DNA of 63,842 nucleotides, the filler included, from Octopus bimaculoides (Eukaryota): the NCBI RefSeq assembly GCF_001194135.2. It is 6 parts of 5 records of this genome, joined end to end, with 100 filler letters (N's around TTAATTAATTAA, not from the genome) between each part and the next. Parts side by side here need not be neighbours in the genome. Positions count along the whole stretch, not along the records: positions 1 to 16,386 come from NC_068982.1; positions 16,487 to 34,986 come from NC_068989.1; 4 more parts are not named here. One strand, given 5' to 3'. Both the position numbers and the translations under genes were made by a program. Of this stretch, positions 11,636 through 22,443 are shown in pieces. Under the pieces are notes generated by a model that saw only the letters and a program-made list of their open reading frames with translations, was not told the origin of the DNA and searched no databases. The number at the start of each line of letters is the position of its first letter. Position 1 is the stretch's first letter.

Positions 11636-12005
11636 GTGGAGGCGCAATGGCCCAGTGCTTAGAGCAGCGGACTCGCGTTCGGAGGAACGCGGGTTCGATT
11701 CCCACACCGGTCGTTGTGTGTGTTTATTGAGCGAAAACACCCAAAAGCTCCACAAGGCTCCAGCAGGGGTGGTGGCGACTTCCTTTTGTACTCTTTCGCC
11801 CCAACTTTCTCTCACTCTTTTGTGGATCGGCCGACGCGTTGTGTTCTTGAGAAAAGCACTTCATTTCACGTTGCTCCAGTCCACTCAGCTGGCAAAAATG
11901 AGTAACGCTGAAATGGACTGGCGTCCCATCCAACTGATGAACACATATGCCATAGAAACCGGGAAACCGGGCCCATGAACCTGGCTACGCTTTAAAAGGG
12001 CGCAT
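11636..12005 (+). mobile_element. Chimeric SINE: family D head and body joined to family C body
   Basis: A-box TGGCCCAGTG, B-box GGTTCGATTCC. 11705-11822 matches the reverse complement of 56060-56170; 11835-11980 matches 39580-39720. Confidence 0.85.
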
Positions 12006-12621
12006 TTATTTTTATATTAATAGGAAAAAAGGTGATCAAATTTTATTTACATTATAAAATGTATTTGATATAATTTAAATAGAGATGGTATGTAGGTGCC
12101 TAGGTAACCGCTGTATGTGTATGTGTGTGTGTTATTTATTTGATTATTGCATTGAATTTTAATAAAATGAGTTGCTGCATGTGATTAAATAAATTAAACA
12201 GAATTATTCAAAATAGAGAATTAAGAGTTCATTAACGTGGATTTAATTTAAAAGCTATCAAAGGATGTTTGTATGCAGTTTTATTAGATTCATTACGGGA
12301 AAAATGCCCATTCTGACACATGATTTGGGATGGTAATTCATCTATTTCGGGTCTGATAAAATGAAACACCAATCAAACGTCGAGGTTGACGTAATCGAGT
12401 AACTCCCTCCTACAAATTCTGAACCTTGTGTCAATACTAGAAACAATTATTATGTAATTTAATTTGAAGCTTTATTTTGAGATTATCTCACAATCTCGTA
12501 AGCTTATAGAAACTAAAAAAAAATCTAATCTAATGTCTGTCGAGTATATGAAAATACGTAGACAAAATCGCGCATTAAAGAGCAGAAATGTTTAGAGTGA
12601 CTCCTTTGTCTGTAAGTTGTT

Positions 12622-12792
12622 ACTTGTTTCAGTCATTGGATTGCAGCCATGCTGGGATATTTTGAAGGGTTTTGGTCGAACAAACTGACCTCAGTACTTA
12701 TTTTTAAAACTCGGGGCTATAGTAGAAGACACTTGCCCAAGATGCCACGCAGTAGGACTTAACCCGGAACCATATGGTTGGTAAGCAAGCTA
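12622..12792 (-). mobile_element. Internally deleted SINE family B
   Basis: Tail TGTTTCAGTCATTGGA followed directly by GGCTATAGTAGAAGACACTTGCCCAAG and the head; the central part is missing. Confidence 0.85.
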
Positions 12793-12972
12793 CTTACCAG
12801 ACAGCCACTCCGAACAATTTCGAAAGGTTCATCGAAAGTGCTTCTCCATGTGGTTTAGCTAGTGATCCATTGCTGCAGGTGTGAGAGCTGTTCAAGGACG
12901 TCTCGTTCGAAAGTGACTGCGTAAGGCCATAACCGTAAATGTGGACAACGTCGTTGTCATGGGTCGGACAGC

Positions 12973-13021
12973 ATGGAAATGAAGCATCATACTGGCAGAA
13001 TGGTGGTGATAACAGGGACAG
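12973..13021 (+). CDS. Candidate first coding exon (MEMKHHTGRMVVITGT), speculative
   Basis: In-frame upstream stop at 12922; ATGs at 12973, 12979 and 13000; donor CAG|GTAAGA, phase 1. No homology recognised. Confidence 0.2.
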
Positions 13022-13084
13022 GTAAGACTAACTTCGATGATCGCTGGCATGCTGTCCCTGTTAAGATATTTATGGTGTCTGATT

Positions 13085-13209
13085 AGAAGCGAACCACAAG
13101 GTTGGATAAGAAGCGAACCACAAGGTTGAATAAGAAGCGAACCACAAGGTTGGATAAGAAGCGAACCACAAGGTTGGATAAGAAGCGAACCACAAGGTTG
13201 GATAAGAAG
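13085..13209. repeat. 24-bp minisatellite x5
   Basis: Unit AGAAGCGAACCACAAGGTTGGATA; one substitution in unit 2. Confidence 0.97.
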
Positions 13210-13827
13210 TGAAACGAGGTTACGAAGAGGCTCAGAAATATCAACTTCAAATGGGCTGAGAGGAAGAATCTTTGAGAGAAAAGTCAGTAAAAGGAGTCGA
13301 ACGCCTATGCCATCTTTGTTATTGTTGATGTTGGCGATATTTTAACAATATTGTTTAAATTGATCAAATTGACGTTTTTTGTGTGAACAAATCATGAAAC
13401 TTGTGAAATTAAATTTATTTTGCTTCTGTATTTTTTACTTTTCGTTCTCTGTGTAGTTATGTTTAAGTTCAATTTTTGTGGAGGCGTTTCTTTCATGGGA
13501 AGCCATCTTGAGATGAAATGTAAACAGAAGACTCAAACTATGTTCAATAGTTCACTTTTGATAAATAATGCAAGACGAAATATTTTTCCCCTTTGGCCGT
13601 GCTTGGTAAAAAAAAAATAATTTTTTCTGATCTAGGTAAGCTGTATTTGCTCACGGTAATTTCAATAAGAGTAAGAAAAAGAACATTAATAATAAATCTT
13701 TTTGCCATTCGTACAAGAATGGCCACTTTTGTGAGGAAAGGGGGTTAATTGTTTACATCAATTTGTATGACCAACTGATTTTTATTTGAGCGACTCTGAA
13801 AAGATGAAAGGTAAAGTCGATCTCGGC

Positions 13828-13828
<1 letters not shown>

Positions 13829-13895
<67 letters not shown>
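13829..13895. repeat. (TAA)n array 5' of an R4/Dong fragment
   Basis: About 22 units; a matching array lies at 14262-14332. Confidence 0.97.
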
Positions 13896-13897
<2 letters not shown>

Positions 13898-13904
13898 CAA
13901 TTTG

Positions 13905-14259
13905 TTTTAGATCATAAATATAGCATCCCAATCTGACAACAAGGTATGCAATAAGGAAGAAAGAAAAGTCGATAGATATGACAGGTTAGCTTGGGAAGTT
14001 AAGCAGTTGTGGTTGATGAAAAAGGTGGTAGTAGTACCAATAACTATCGGAGCCCTGGGAACAGTGAGTAAAAACCTTGAAAAGTACAAGGAACGAATAG
14101 GGGCTGCAATAAGGGCGGAACACTTGCAGAAAACAGCACTGCTTGGAACCGCTCGAATACTCTGGAAGGTGCTCGAAAAAAATAAGAGGTGTTACCTTAG
14201 TTCACTGGTAGTGAATAGCTGACACCGTAGTACATCTCTAGCGTTAGAAGCTGTGCAAA

Positions 14260-14262
<3 letters not shown>
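13905..14262 (+). mobile_element. 5'-truncated R4/Dong-type LINE, REL endonuclease C-terminus plus 3' UTR (family R4-a)
   Basis: IINIASQSDNKVCNKEERKVDRYDRLAWEVKQLWLMKKVVVVPITIGALGTVSKNLEKY..LQKTALLGTARILWKVL; (TAA)n on both sides. Confidence 0.9.
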
Positions 14263-14317
<55 letters not shown>

Positions 14318-14332
14318 TTAATAATAATAATA

Positions 14333-14425
14333 AGAGCACCACAGCAAACCACAGCACATACCCAAGGCGCACAGAGCTGCGCTCGGTAGTGAAGTGAAAG
14401 CACGTTATAAAAATAAAACTACTGA
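14333..14425 (+). mobile_element. Short TAA-flanked element, probably an R4/Dong 3' UTR stub
   Basis: Unique ~95 bp between two (TAA)n arrays ending in an AAT tail; family assignment inferred from context. Confidence 0.5.
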
Positions 14426-14442
14426 ACAATAATAATAATAAT

Positions 14443-14655
14443 AATTTCTACTATAGGCACAAGGCCTGAAATTCAGGAAGAGGGGAATAGTCGATTACAT
14501 CGACCCCAGTACTCAACTGGTACTTAGTTTATCGACACCGAAAGGATGAAAGGTAAAGTTAACTTCGGTAGAATTTGAACTTAGAACGTAGCGACGGGCG
14601 AAATACCGCTAAGCATTTCGTCCAGCGTGCTAAAGATTCTGCCAGCTCGCCGTCT
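14443..14655 (-). mobile_element. Full-length SINE family A
   Basis: Reverse complement of GACGGCGAGCTGGCAGAATC..CCTTTCATCCTTTCGG..GGCCTTGTGCCTATAGTAGAAA. Confidence 0.92.
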
Positions 14656-14659
14656 TATT

Positions 14660-14881
14660 TAGCAAAATGTGGAATCTGAAGACTAAAACAATACCTGTTG
14701 TCATAGGTGCCCTGGGAATGACAGCGAAACGGGCTGATTACTACCTAGCTCAGATACCAGGAAACCCCAAAATGGCTGAAGTTCAAAAGATAGTGCTCAT
14801 GGGAACTGCCCATATCCTACGCAAAATACTTTCTATGTAATCTCAAATTTTAAAACAAACATAATTTTCTTATGGTTTCTT
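14660..14881 (+). mobile_element. R4/Dong-type LINE 3' end (family R4-b)
   Basis: SKMWNLKTKTIPVVIGALGMTAKRADYYLAQIPGNPKMAEVQKIVLMGTAHILRKILSM-stop (14838-14840); runs into a gap. Confidence 0.9.
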
Positions 14882-15273
14882 NNNNNNNNNNNNNNNNNNN
14901 NNNNNNNNNNNNNNNNNNNNNNNNNNNNNNNNNNNNNNNNNNNNNNNNNNNNNNNNNNNNNNNNNNNNNNNNNNNNNNNNNNNNNNNNNNNNNNNNNNNN
15001 NNNNNNNNNNNNNNNNNNNNNNNNNNNNNNNNNNNNNNNNNNNNNNNNNNNNNNNNNNNNNNNNNNNNNNNNNNNNNNNNNNNNNNNNNNNNNNNNNNNN
15101 NNNNNNNNNNNNNNNNNNNNNNNNNNNNNNNNNNNNNNNNNNNNNNNNNNNNNNNNNNNTATATATATATAAAAAAAAATTTGTAAAATAAAATTTAAAA
15201 AAAAATGAAAATTTAATAATTTAACTTTACTTAAAAAAAAAAAATTCAAACAGTACACCAAATCGCTTGTCCA

Positions 15274-16386
15274 ATGGTTATAATGGAAGCGCGCCTGTCA
15301 GGAAACTGTCAGCCTGACGACGAAAAATTTTCGAATGGCAGAATATCTTCCCCGAATACGAACCTGGAAGGTCACTTAGACGGGATTTGTCCCAAAGTTC
15401 ACCACCACAACGATCACAAAATCAAAAATGTAAAAGAATTAAATGGAACCGGGAAGAATATAAAGAAGTAATTTACGCTTATTACTTTGCATTAAGTAGG
15501 CCAACCCAAGAGAAACACACCGCGAACTCCTACAGAATTTGGAGGAGCCGGAATCCAGCTAGCCGACCAAACCTGGATGAAAACAGATTAGCAAATGTTA
15601 GAAGAGATATCCTCAGAAATACCAGACTCACAGATGCAGAATTGACCTCTATTAAAAGAGCGGTAGAGAATGACCTAAATATAAGTCAGGAAAGAAATAA
15701 TGAAGCAGAGGAGAGAAACGTTGGACCACAAGCATTGACTGAAAGGCGACCATCTGCCGAAACCACTCAAGAGCTTGAAGAAAAAGGAGAATATAATGAC
15801 CCTAGGGAAATCAGCCAGGAAAATGATGTCTAAACAGAATTTGAAGACCACATATTTGCTGAACAACACAGAAAATCTATCACTGAAATGAAGCAGGAAG
15901 TTCTGAATGAGCTTGCAGTTGTAGGACATACAAATATGAATGATAGGGAACCACTCCATAAACTACCAAATGCACACCAACGTAAAACGCAAATAAAAAT
16001 TGGCAACTGTGTTACATAAGAGATCATACAACAACTAAAACCCGATCTTAATAAATTAAATTAAATTATTTACTCTGTTGCTAAGGTAATCGAAAGACGC
16101 TGTTTAACACTCAAAAAGCCAACAATACCAAATTCGAAAAGAAAATGAAACTGGAGGAGTAGAATTGAAACTGAGATTGAATCGTTGCGAAGGGAGATAT
16201 CAATATTAACTGAGCTAATCTCTGGAAATGATATAAGATCAAGAAAAAGCAGGAAGATCGTGAGAAAATATGGACTCTCAACAAGAGAAGAACTAATGTC
16301 AGCGAATGAAACACAAAAAGTTCAAGCGAAGGCTCAGAGAATACGCAGATTTGAGAAAAGAATCAGATTCTACAGGCAAAATAAGA
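15274..16386 (+). mobile_element. R4/Dong-type LINE 5' ORF region, frameshifted
   Basis: RIKWNREEYKEVIYAYY..ENRLANVRRDIL..LTDAELTSI and SLRREISILTEL..KVQAKAQRIRRFEKRIRFYRQNK resemble the R4/Dong N-terminal region; ends at a gap. Confidence 0.8.
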
Positions 16387-16430
16387 NNNNNNNNNNNNNN
16401 NNNNNNNNNNNNNNNNNNNNNNNNNNNNNN

Positions 16431-16442
16431 TTAATTAATTAA
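16431..16442. other. Artificial gap linker TTAATTAATTAA (also at 35031, 45553, 57537, 62513)
   Basis: Identical 12-mer, each time centred between two runs of 44 N (100-bp pad); stop codons in all six frames. Confidence 0.95.
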
Positions 16443-16639
16443 NNNNNNNNNNNNNNNNNNNNNNNNNNNNNNNNNNNNNNNNNNNNTATATATATATATA
16501 TATGTATAGAGAGAGAGAGCAATAACGAATCTATTATGTATATTTGTGTGGTCTGATCAATAATTATACGGATTGTTGCTATAGTAACAAAGCTAAAGCA
16601 TGGAGAGTGAAGCCCCTTTGCACAGATTGAATTTGAACA

Positions 16640-16905
16640 CCTTTATGCATGTGCACTAAGTTTTAACGTTCTAGCTCACTTTCTCCCTTTACAGAAGTGC
16701 ATGGAAGAAAGGTGTGTAGCGTGTGATCGTGGCATTGACCATGACAGAAAAAGTTGAGTAAGGAATCTGTTTCAAATTTTGCCAAATTTGGCTCAAACTT
16801 GACAGAGACACGTCTTATTCCCAAATCTTTAGTGATAATGGACTGAACTGAACCGTAACTAATCTGCACATCCTCTGATAACTCACGGATGGTGATTCGA
16901 CGATT
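16640..16905 (-). mobile_element. Mariner transposase remnant (HTH region), internally deleted
   Basis: RENRRITIRELSEDVQISYGSVQSIITKDLGIRRVSVKF matches the mariner second HTH to WVP linker. Confidence 0.85.
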
Positions 16906-17602
16906 TTCCCTCACATATATATATATGCACACAAACACACACACACATACATATATATATGTGTGCGCGTGTGTTTGTGGTGTTTGTGCATAATTATAAG
17001 CATTTTATGACTTTGCTAAGGCACCGTGACGCTCCTAACCTGTTATTAGAACTCGTATCTATATTTTAGAGCAAAGCATCGAGCACAGTATGTAATTTCA
17101 ATTAAAGAAGGATAAAAGAACAGAAGTTACGTAATCCGTCTAATCAGCTCAAAGCTGTTACTTCTATAAGACGCATCGCACACAGAGCTGAACGCTCGGG
17201 TGATATCTTATAGATTCTATGGAGTCATACAATATGGCATGTTCTTTTTTATTGCAGAAAGCGTTAAAATTTTCTCTTGTTGCGAACCTGCACTTCATTT
17301 TATATGTTTCTTGGGAAGCTACAAGATGTCGCACAGGCCCTCAGCGCTGGGTGCAATGCTTCTTAAAGCAGAAATACCTTTAAGCTAATGAAAGCGATTA
17401 CGTAACTATTGCTCTTTGTCTTAATACACACACTTATGCCAGCATGTATACATACTCACTCATATGTAAATTTATGTAACTACAAATACACATAAATACA
17501 TCGTGTTTTCTTTGTATCGTCTATCTGGATGTTTTGTCCCTTTCTTGTGTCTTCTAACTGTCTTGATGTTTTGCATTCTTGTCCCATTCTGTATTATATA
17601 TA

Positions 17603-17638
<36 letters not shown>

Positions 17639-18645
17639 TATACATACATACATACATATATATATATACATACATNNNNNNNNNNNNNNNNNNNNNNNNN
17701 NNNNNNNNNNNNNNNNNNNNNNNNNNNNNNNNNNNNNNNNNNNNNNNNNNNNNNNNNNNNNNNNNNNNNNNNNNNNNNNNNNNNNNNNNNNNNNNNNNNN
17801 NNNNNNNNNNNNNNNNNNNNNNNNNNNNNNNNNNNNNNNNNNNNNNNNNNNNNNNNNNNNNNNNNNNNNNNNNNNNNNNNNNNNNNNNNNNNNNNNNNNN
17901 NNNNNNNNNNNNNNNNNNNNNNNNNNNNNNNNNNNNNNNNNNNNNNNNNNNNNNNNNNNNNNNNNNNNNNNNNNNNNNNNNNNNNNNNNNNNNNNNNNNN
18001 NNNNNNNNNNNNNNNNNNNNNNNNNNNNNNNNNNNNNNNNNNNNNNNNNNNNNNNNNNNNNNNNNNNNNNNNNNNNNNNNNNNNNNNNNNNNNNNNNNNN
18101 NNNNNNNNNNNNNNNNNNNNNNNNNNNNNNNNNNNNNNNNNNNNNNNNNNNNNNNNNNNNNNNNNNNNNNNNNNNNNNNNNNNNNNNNNNNNNNNNNNNN
18201 NNNNNNNNNNNNNNNNNNNNNNNNNNNNNNNNNNNNNNNNNNNNNNNNNNNNNNNNNNNNNNNNNNNNNNNNNNNNNNNNNNNNNNNNNNNNNNNNNNNN
18301 NNNNNNNNNNNNNNNNNNNNNNNNNNNNNNNNNNNNNNNNNNNNNNNNNNNNNNNNNNNNNNNNNNNNNNNNNNNNNNNNNNNNNNNNNNNNNNNNNNNN
18401 NNNNNNNNNNNNNNNNNNNNNNNNNNNNNNNNNNNNNNNNNNNNNNNNNNNNNNNNNNNNNNNNNNNNNNNNNNNNNNNNNNNNNNNNNNNNNNNNNNNN
18501 NNNNNNNNNNNNNNNNNNNNNNNNNNTACATGCACAGACACAGACACGCATACACACGCTCTCCCACACTCTCCCACACTCTCCCATCACACTTTGTCCT
18601 TTACTCATACAAATAACTGGTGGAAGAAGAAATTATTACAAAATA

Positions 18646-18676
<31 letters not shown>

Positions 18677-18702
18677 ACACACACACACACACACTCACAC
18701 AC

Positions 18703-18747
<45 letters not shown>

Positions 18748-18959
18748 TCATGCATACATACAAACATGTATGCATACAATTATATGTTTATATATGTATA
18801 CATACATAATTTGCTTTTATCGGCTGTAAACGTACGTAAGTGACCCAAGGGACGTAATTTTCGTCCATGGTTTTTTACGATGATCTACGTTAAATACCAT
18901 GCACAGCGGTAGTGAAGCCGAAGATTAGCGTGTCTCATCGTACTTGAGACTGTCGCTAG

Positions 18960-19680
18960 AAGCAGAATGTCCCACATTTCCTGTATATGTAAATCATCCC
19001 GTATTCATTTGTCAACAAGTATATGGTTATTATGAGCTATTAGAATCTTCAGCACTTCTTCAGTGTATAATCTGCTGGGTTGACCTCTCCCTCCTTAGTG
19101 CAAGGGAACATCCCGCTACTGACCATTTCAAATTATAGTCAACCTTATTTTCTGATAGATTATGAAGGTACTCCACAGTGAAGAAGATAACGTAAGCCTT
19201 AGGCAGGAGAAAACATGCCCATGTAATAAGATGCGGTGTTTCTCGAAATTCATCGTAGCTCTAGTATAATATTTGCAACCATCTTGTTTCTTCACCAAGC
19301 ATTTATAAACTACGTTGGGTGATACCAAGTGTTCGCTGTGGTGGAACTCAATAGGAGTTCTCCAATCACGTCTCAAGTGGGGTTCGGTGGTATACAGGCA
19401 TTTCTCATACTATTCGAAGTAGAGTTCGGTGGGATCCAGCTTGGCTGGTATATACTCGAGTCTTGAATCCGTTTGCGCAAGCGGCGGAAATGTTCCTGAT
19501 AAGTTATCTACCATTACGACTACACCTACTGCCGTACCTCTTATTGGAGTGGACACCACGATATGCCAGAGTGAAGTTGGCGTCTACTTCACTTTTGTGG
19601 TGCTCTGGAGAATTTCGTTCCGGTTCCAGATGTAATTCCAGCATTAAATTTAAAAGGTTCGCTCCTATTCGAAGCCGCTC
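18960..19680 (-). mobile_element. Decayed Penelope-like element, GIY-YIG endonuclease region
   Basis: LVSPNVVYKCLV..KYYTRAT..FEKHRILLH..F..LSSSLW..LTI-LKW..RLYTEEVLKIL fits the VVYK/YIG/R..H pattern of Cys-containing PLE endonucleases. Confidence 0.72.
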
Positions 19681-19871
19681 ATACAGAGGAGCGATTGGTT
19701 GTAGTGGAGTAAGAGAGACTTATATTCTATTGATATTAAATGCAGTAGTTTACATTACATCATAGAAAATGAGACGATACCATATAATAAAAGCTTATGT
19801 TCAAAGGTGTTTTATCATTGAGCGTCCAAACATTTTCCTGAATGTATATATAAATACAAATAAATATATTC

Positions 19872-20090
19872 TTTTATTTGTTTCAGTCATTTGACTGCGG
19901 CCATGCTGGAGCACCGCCTTTAGTCGAACAAATCGACCTGAGCAGTTATTCTTTGTAAGCCTAGTACTTATTCTGTCGGTTTCTTTTGCCGAACCGTTAA
20001 GTTACGGGGACGTAAACACACCAACATCTGTTGTCTAGCAACGATGTGGGGACAAGCACAGACACGCAAACATATACATGTATATGTATC
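19872..20090 (-). mobile_element. SINE family B, 3' half
   Basis: TGTTTCAGTCATTTGACTGCGGCCATGCTGGAGCACCGCC..AAGTTACGGGGACGTAAAC. Confidence 0.92.
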
Positions 20091-20834
20091 TTTCGGATGG
20101 AGAGATTGGCATCTTGTTTACATCGCTAGTAATGTAAGCAAGAGCGCTTATATGCACAACAATGCCCATATGAGAGGTTTTCTTATTGTAACTATCGCAA
20201 TATTCTCCGCTGTAACACAACATCCACTTTTAAGAGGGGATACATATTACCTTTCGCCATTAATATTGTTTTTGTCACTATTAATAATTATTTTCTAAGA
20301 AGATAAAAGTTAAAAGTTAGCAAAACAGAGGAAAGACAGAATTTCTGTTTTGGGTTTGCTGCAGTAATTCCATTAGATAAGTTGTTATTTTGCTGTGTTG
20401 TGTTTATTGGAAATTACAAGCAAGGCCTCAATCCACAAAGTTGTATCTCTGTATGAGTGAGTATACGCGCGTGTGTGTGTGTGCGCATGCGTTTGTAATT
20501 TTATTAGGTTAGAAAGAAAGTCCTGCTGCATTTCAAGATGGGTGAGAAACAAGTGTTTCTTCGGTTTTGATACATTTAATCAGCATAATATTTCCCCCAT
20601 CATTGACAAAATAATGCCATCTATTTGAGTAATTGTTGATCCCTTAGGCGTAAAATTATTCAGGTTTCGAAGCCGAAAAATTCCACTCGATTTCATTTTT
20701 ATTTTCCTCACAGTTAATGTAATATTTTCCTTCTAAATAATGTTATCAAGATTTGGAAAGATGCTAGTCAGATGGAAGAAAGCCAGAAGAGTTAAGGAAG
20801 ATTAGACAAAACTTCCATAATTAGTGCCATAACA

Positions 20835-20903
<69 letters not shown>

Positions 20904-20994
20904 CTAATATTTGCGTGCTTTTTTCTTAATGGATCTAGGAAGGTTCACTTGCAAATTCTTCCAGAACTTGCGGTACATAAAGATTTCCCCCATG

Positions 20995-21212
20995 TGTGTG
21001 TGTTTGTGTGTCTGTGTTTGTCCCTCAACATCGCTTGACAACCGATGCCGGTGTGTTTACGTCCCCCCGTAACCTAGCGGTTCGGCAAAAATTACCGATA
21101 GAATAAGTACTAGGCTTACAAAGAATAAGTCATGGGGTTGATTTGCTCGACTAAAAGGCGGTGCTCCAGCATGGCCACAGTCAAATGACTGAAACAAGTA
21201 AAAGAGTAAATA
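20995..21212 (+). mobile_element. SINE family B, 3' half
   Basis: CATCGCTTGACAACCGATG..GGCGGTGCTCCAGCATGGCCACAGTCAAATGACTGAAACAAGTAAAAGAG. Confidence 0.92.
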
Positions 21213-21285
21213 GTAATGTAGATGACTGTTTCAAGCATTAATTAGCATGACTGTTATATAAACTCGTTCTTTGTACCTTGTACAG

Positions 21286-21348
21286 CGAGAACCAGAACGG
21301 TTGTTTGCATACTAATTCTTAACACGTTTCAACAAGTTCAGGCGCATG
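21286..21348 (+). CDS. Candidate 63-nt internal exon (RTRTVVCILILNTFQQVQAH), speculative
   Basis: Acceptor TTCTTTGTACCTTGTACAG, donor ATG|GTAAAT; the only open frame is phase 1 to 1. Confidence 0.25.
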
Positions 21349-21829
21349 GTAAATTTGTCGCTCCGGTATACGTCATAGGAAATGGACTCTTCCCTTTTAC
21401 GACGGCAGTGTCTTCAACGCAGACGGCTCTTTGGCGCCCGGCACTGTGAGATACCGGTGTTTTGACATGTTGTGTCTCATCAGTCCAAAACAGCCATAAC
21501 ATTGAGCGTAAATGAAGTCGATGGCATTGTTTACACTTTCAGCGAATAAATTACCTGTTGATCGATGTTGATATCTGCCGACCGATACAACGTCGTTGTT
21601 TACACCAGGGTACGGCGAGATGTGGAACGATTATTTGTAAATATATTATTTACGCTTCTAGAAAGGAGAAGGAAGTTGTTCTCTGATGACGTTCGCTGTA
21701 GCGACCAATATATGTTGCGTTTGAACGTGCTTAGACATGTTAAGAATAAATATACAAAGATATATATGCATATATATGTGTGTGTGTGTCTGTGAGTGTG
21801 TGTATGTATAGATATATAGATATATATGA

Positions 21830-21863
<34 letters not shown>

Positions 21864-22400
21864 ATATATATATATGTGTGCGTGTATATAGTCACACACA
21901 CGAACAGATATCTCTTTACATGCACTCAAATGCTTCTTCTACATGCTACACCTACAAACACACACACACACACCTGCACACATGTTTGTGCGCATATATA
22001 TGTGTACATCTGATGTTTGTGCGTGTGTTTTCGCATACATATATTCATACTTATATGCAAAGAGAGAGAGAGAATATATATATGTGTATATATGTATATA
22101 TATATATATATATATNNNNNNNNNNNNNNNNNNNNNNNNNNNNNNNNNNNNNNNNNNNNNNNNNNNNNNNNNNNNNNNNNNNNNNNNNNNNNNNNNNNNN
22201 NNNNNNNNNNNNNNNNNNNNNNNNNNNNNNNNNNNNNNNNNNNNNNNNNNNNNNNNNNNNNNNNNNNNNNNNNNNNNNNNNNNNNNNNNNNNNNNNNNNN
22301 NNNNNNNNNNNNNNNNNNNNNNNNNNNNNNNNNNNNNNNNNNNNNNNNNNNNNNNNNNNNNNNNNNNNNNNNNNNNNNNNNNNNNNNNNNNNNNNNNNNN

Positions 22401-22443
<43 letters not shown>

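Noticed and set aside
11638-11710. tRNA gene
   Set aside because: Has A and B boxes but no complete cloverleaf, and continues into a SINE body; the same applies to 39505 and other heads.
15280-15355. HDV-like ribozyme at the R4 5' end (AAUGGCAGAAU resembles HDV J4/2)
   Set aside because: Could not form P1, P3 and P1.1 in the required order; P2 is only partial; the segment lies inside the apparent ORF start.
15387-15833. 148-aa ORF as a host gene
   Set aside because: Matches the R4/Dong N-terminal pattern and continues through frameshifts into more LINE sequence.
16387-16486. Recurrent TTAATTAATTAA motif at five sites
   Set aside because: Always centred in a 44N+12+44N pad; it is a scaffolding linker, not biology. 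The LIN ends of several ORFs come from it.
21683-21715. Plus-strand hammerhead (CUGAUGA..UCGC/GCGA hairpin)
   Set aside because: GAAA is absent (CCAA) and stem I does not pair.
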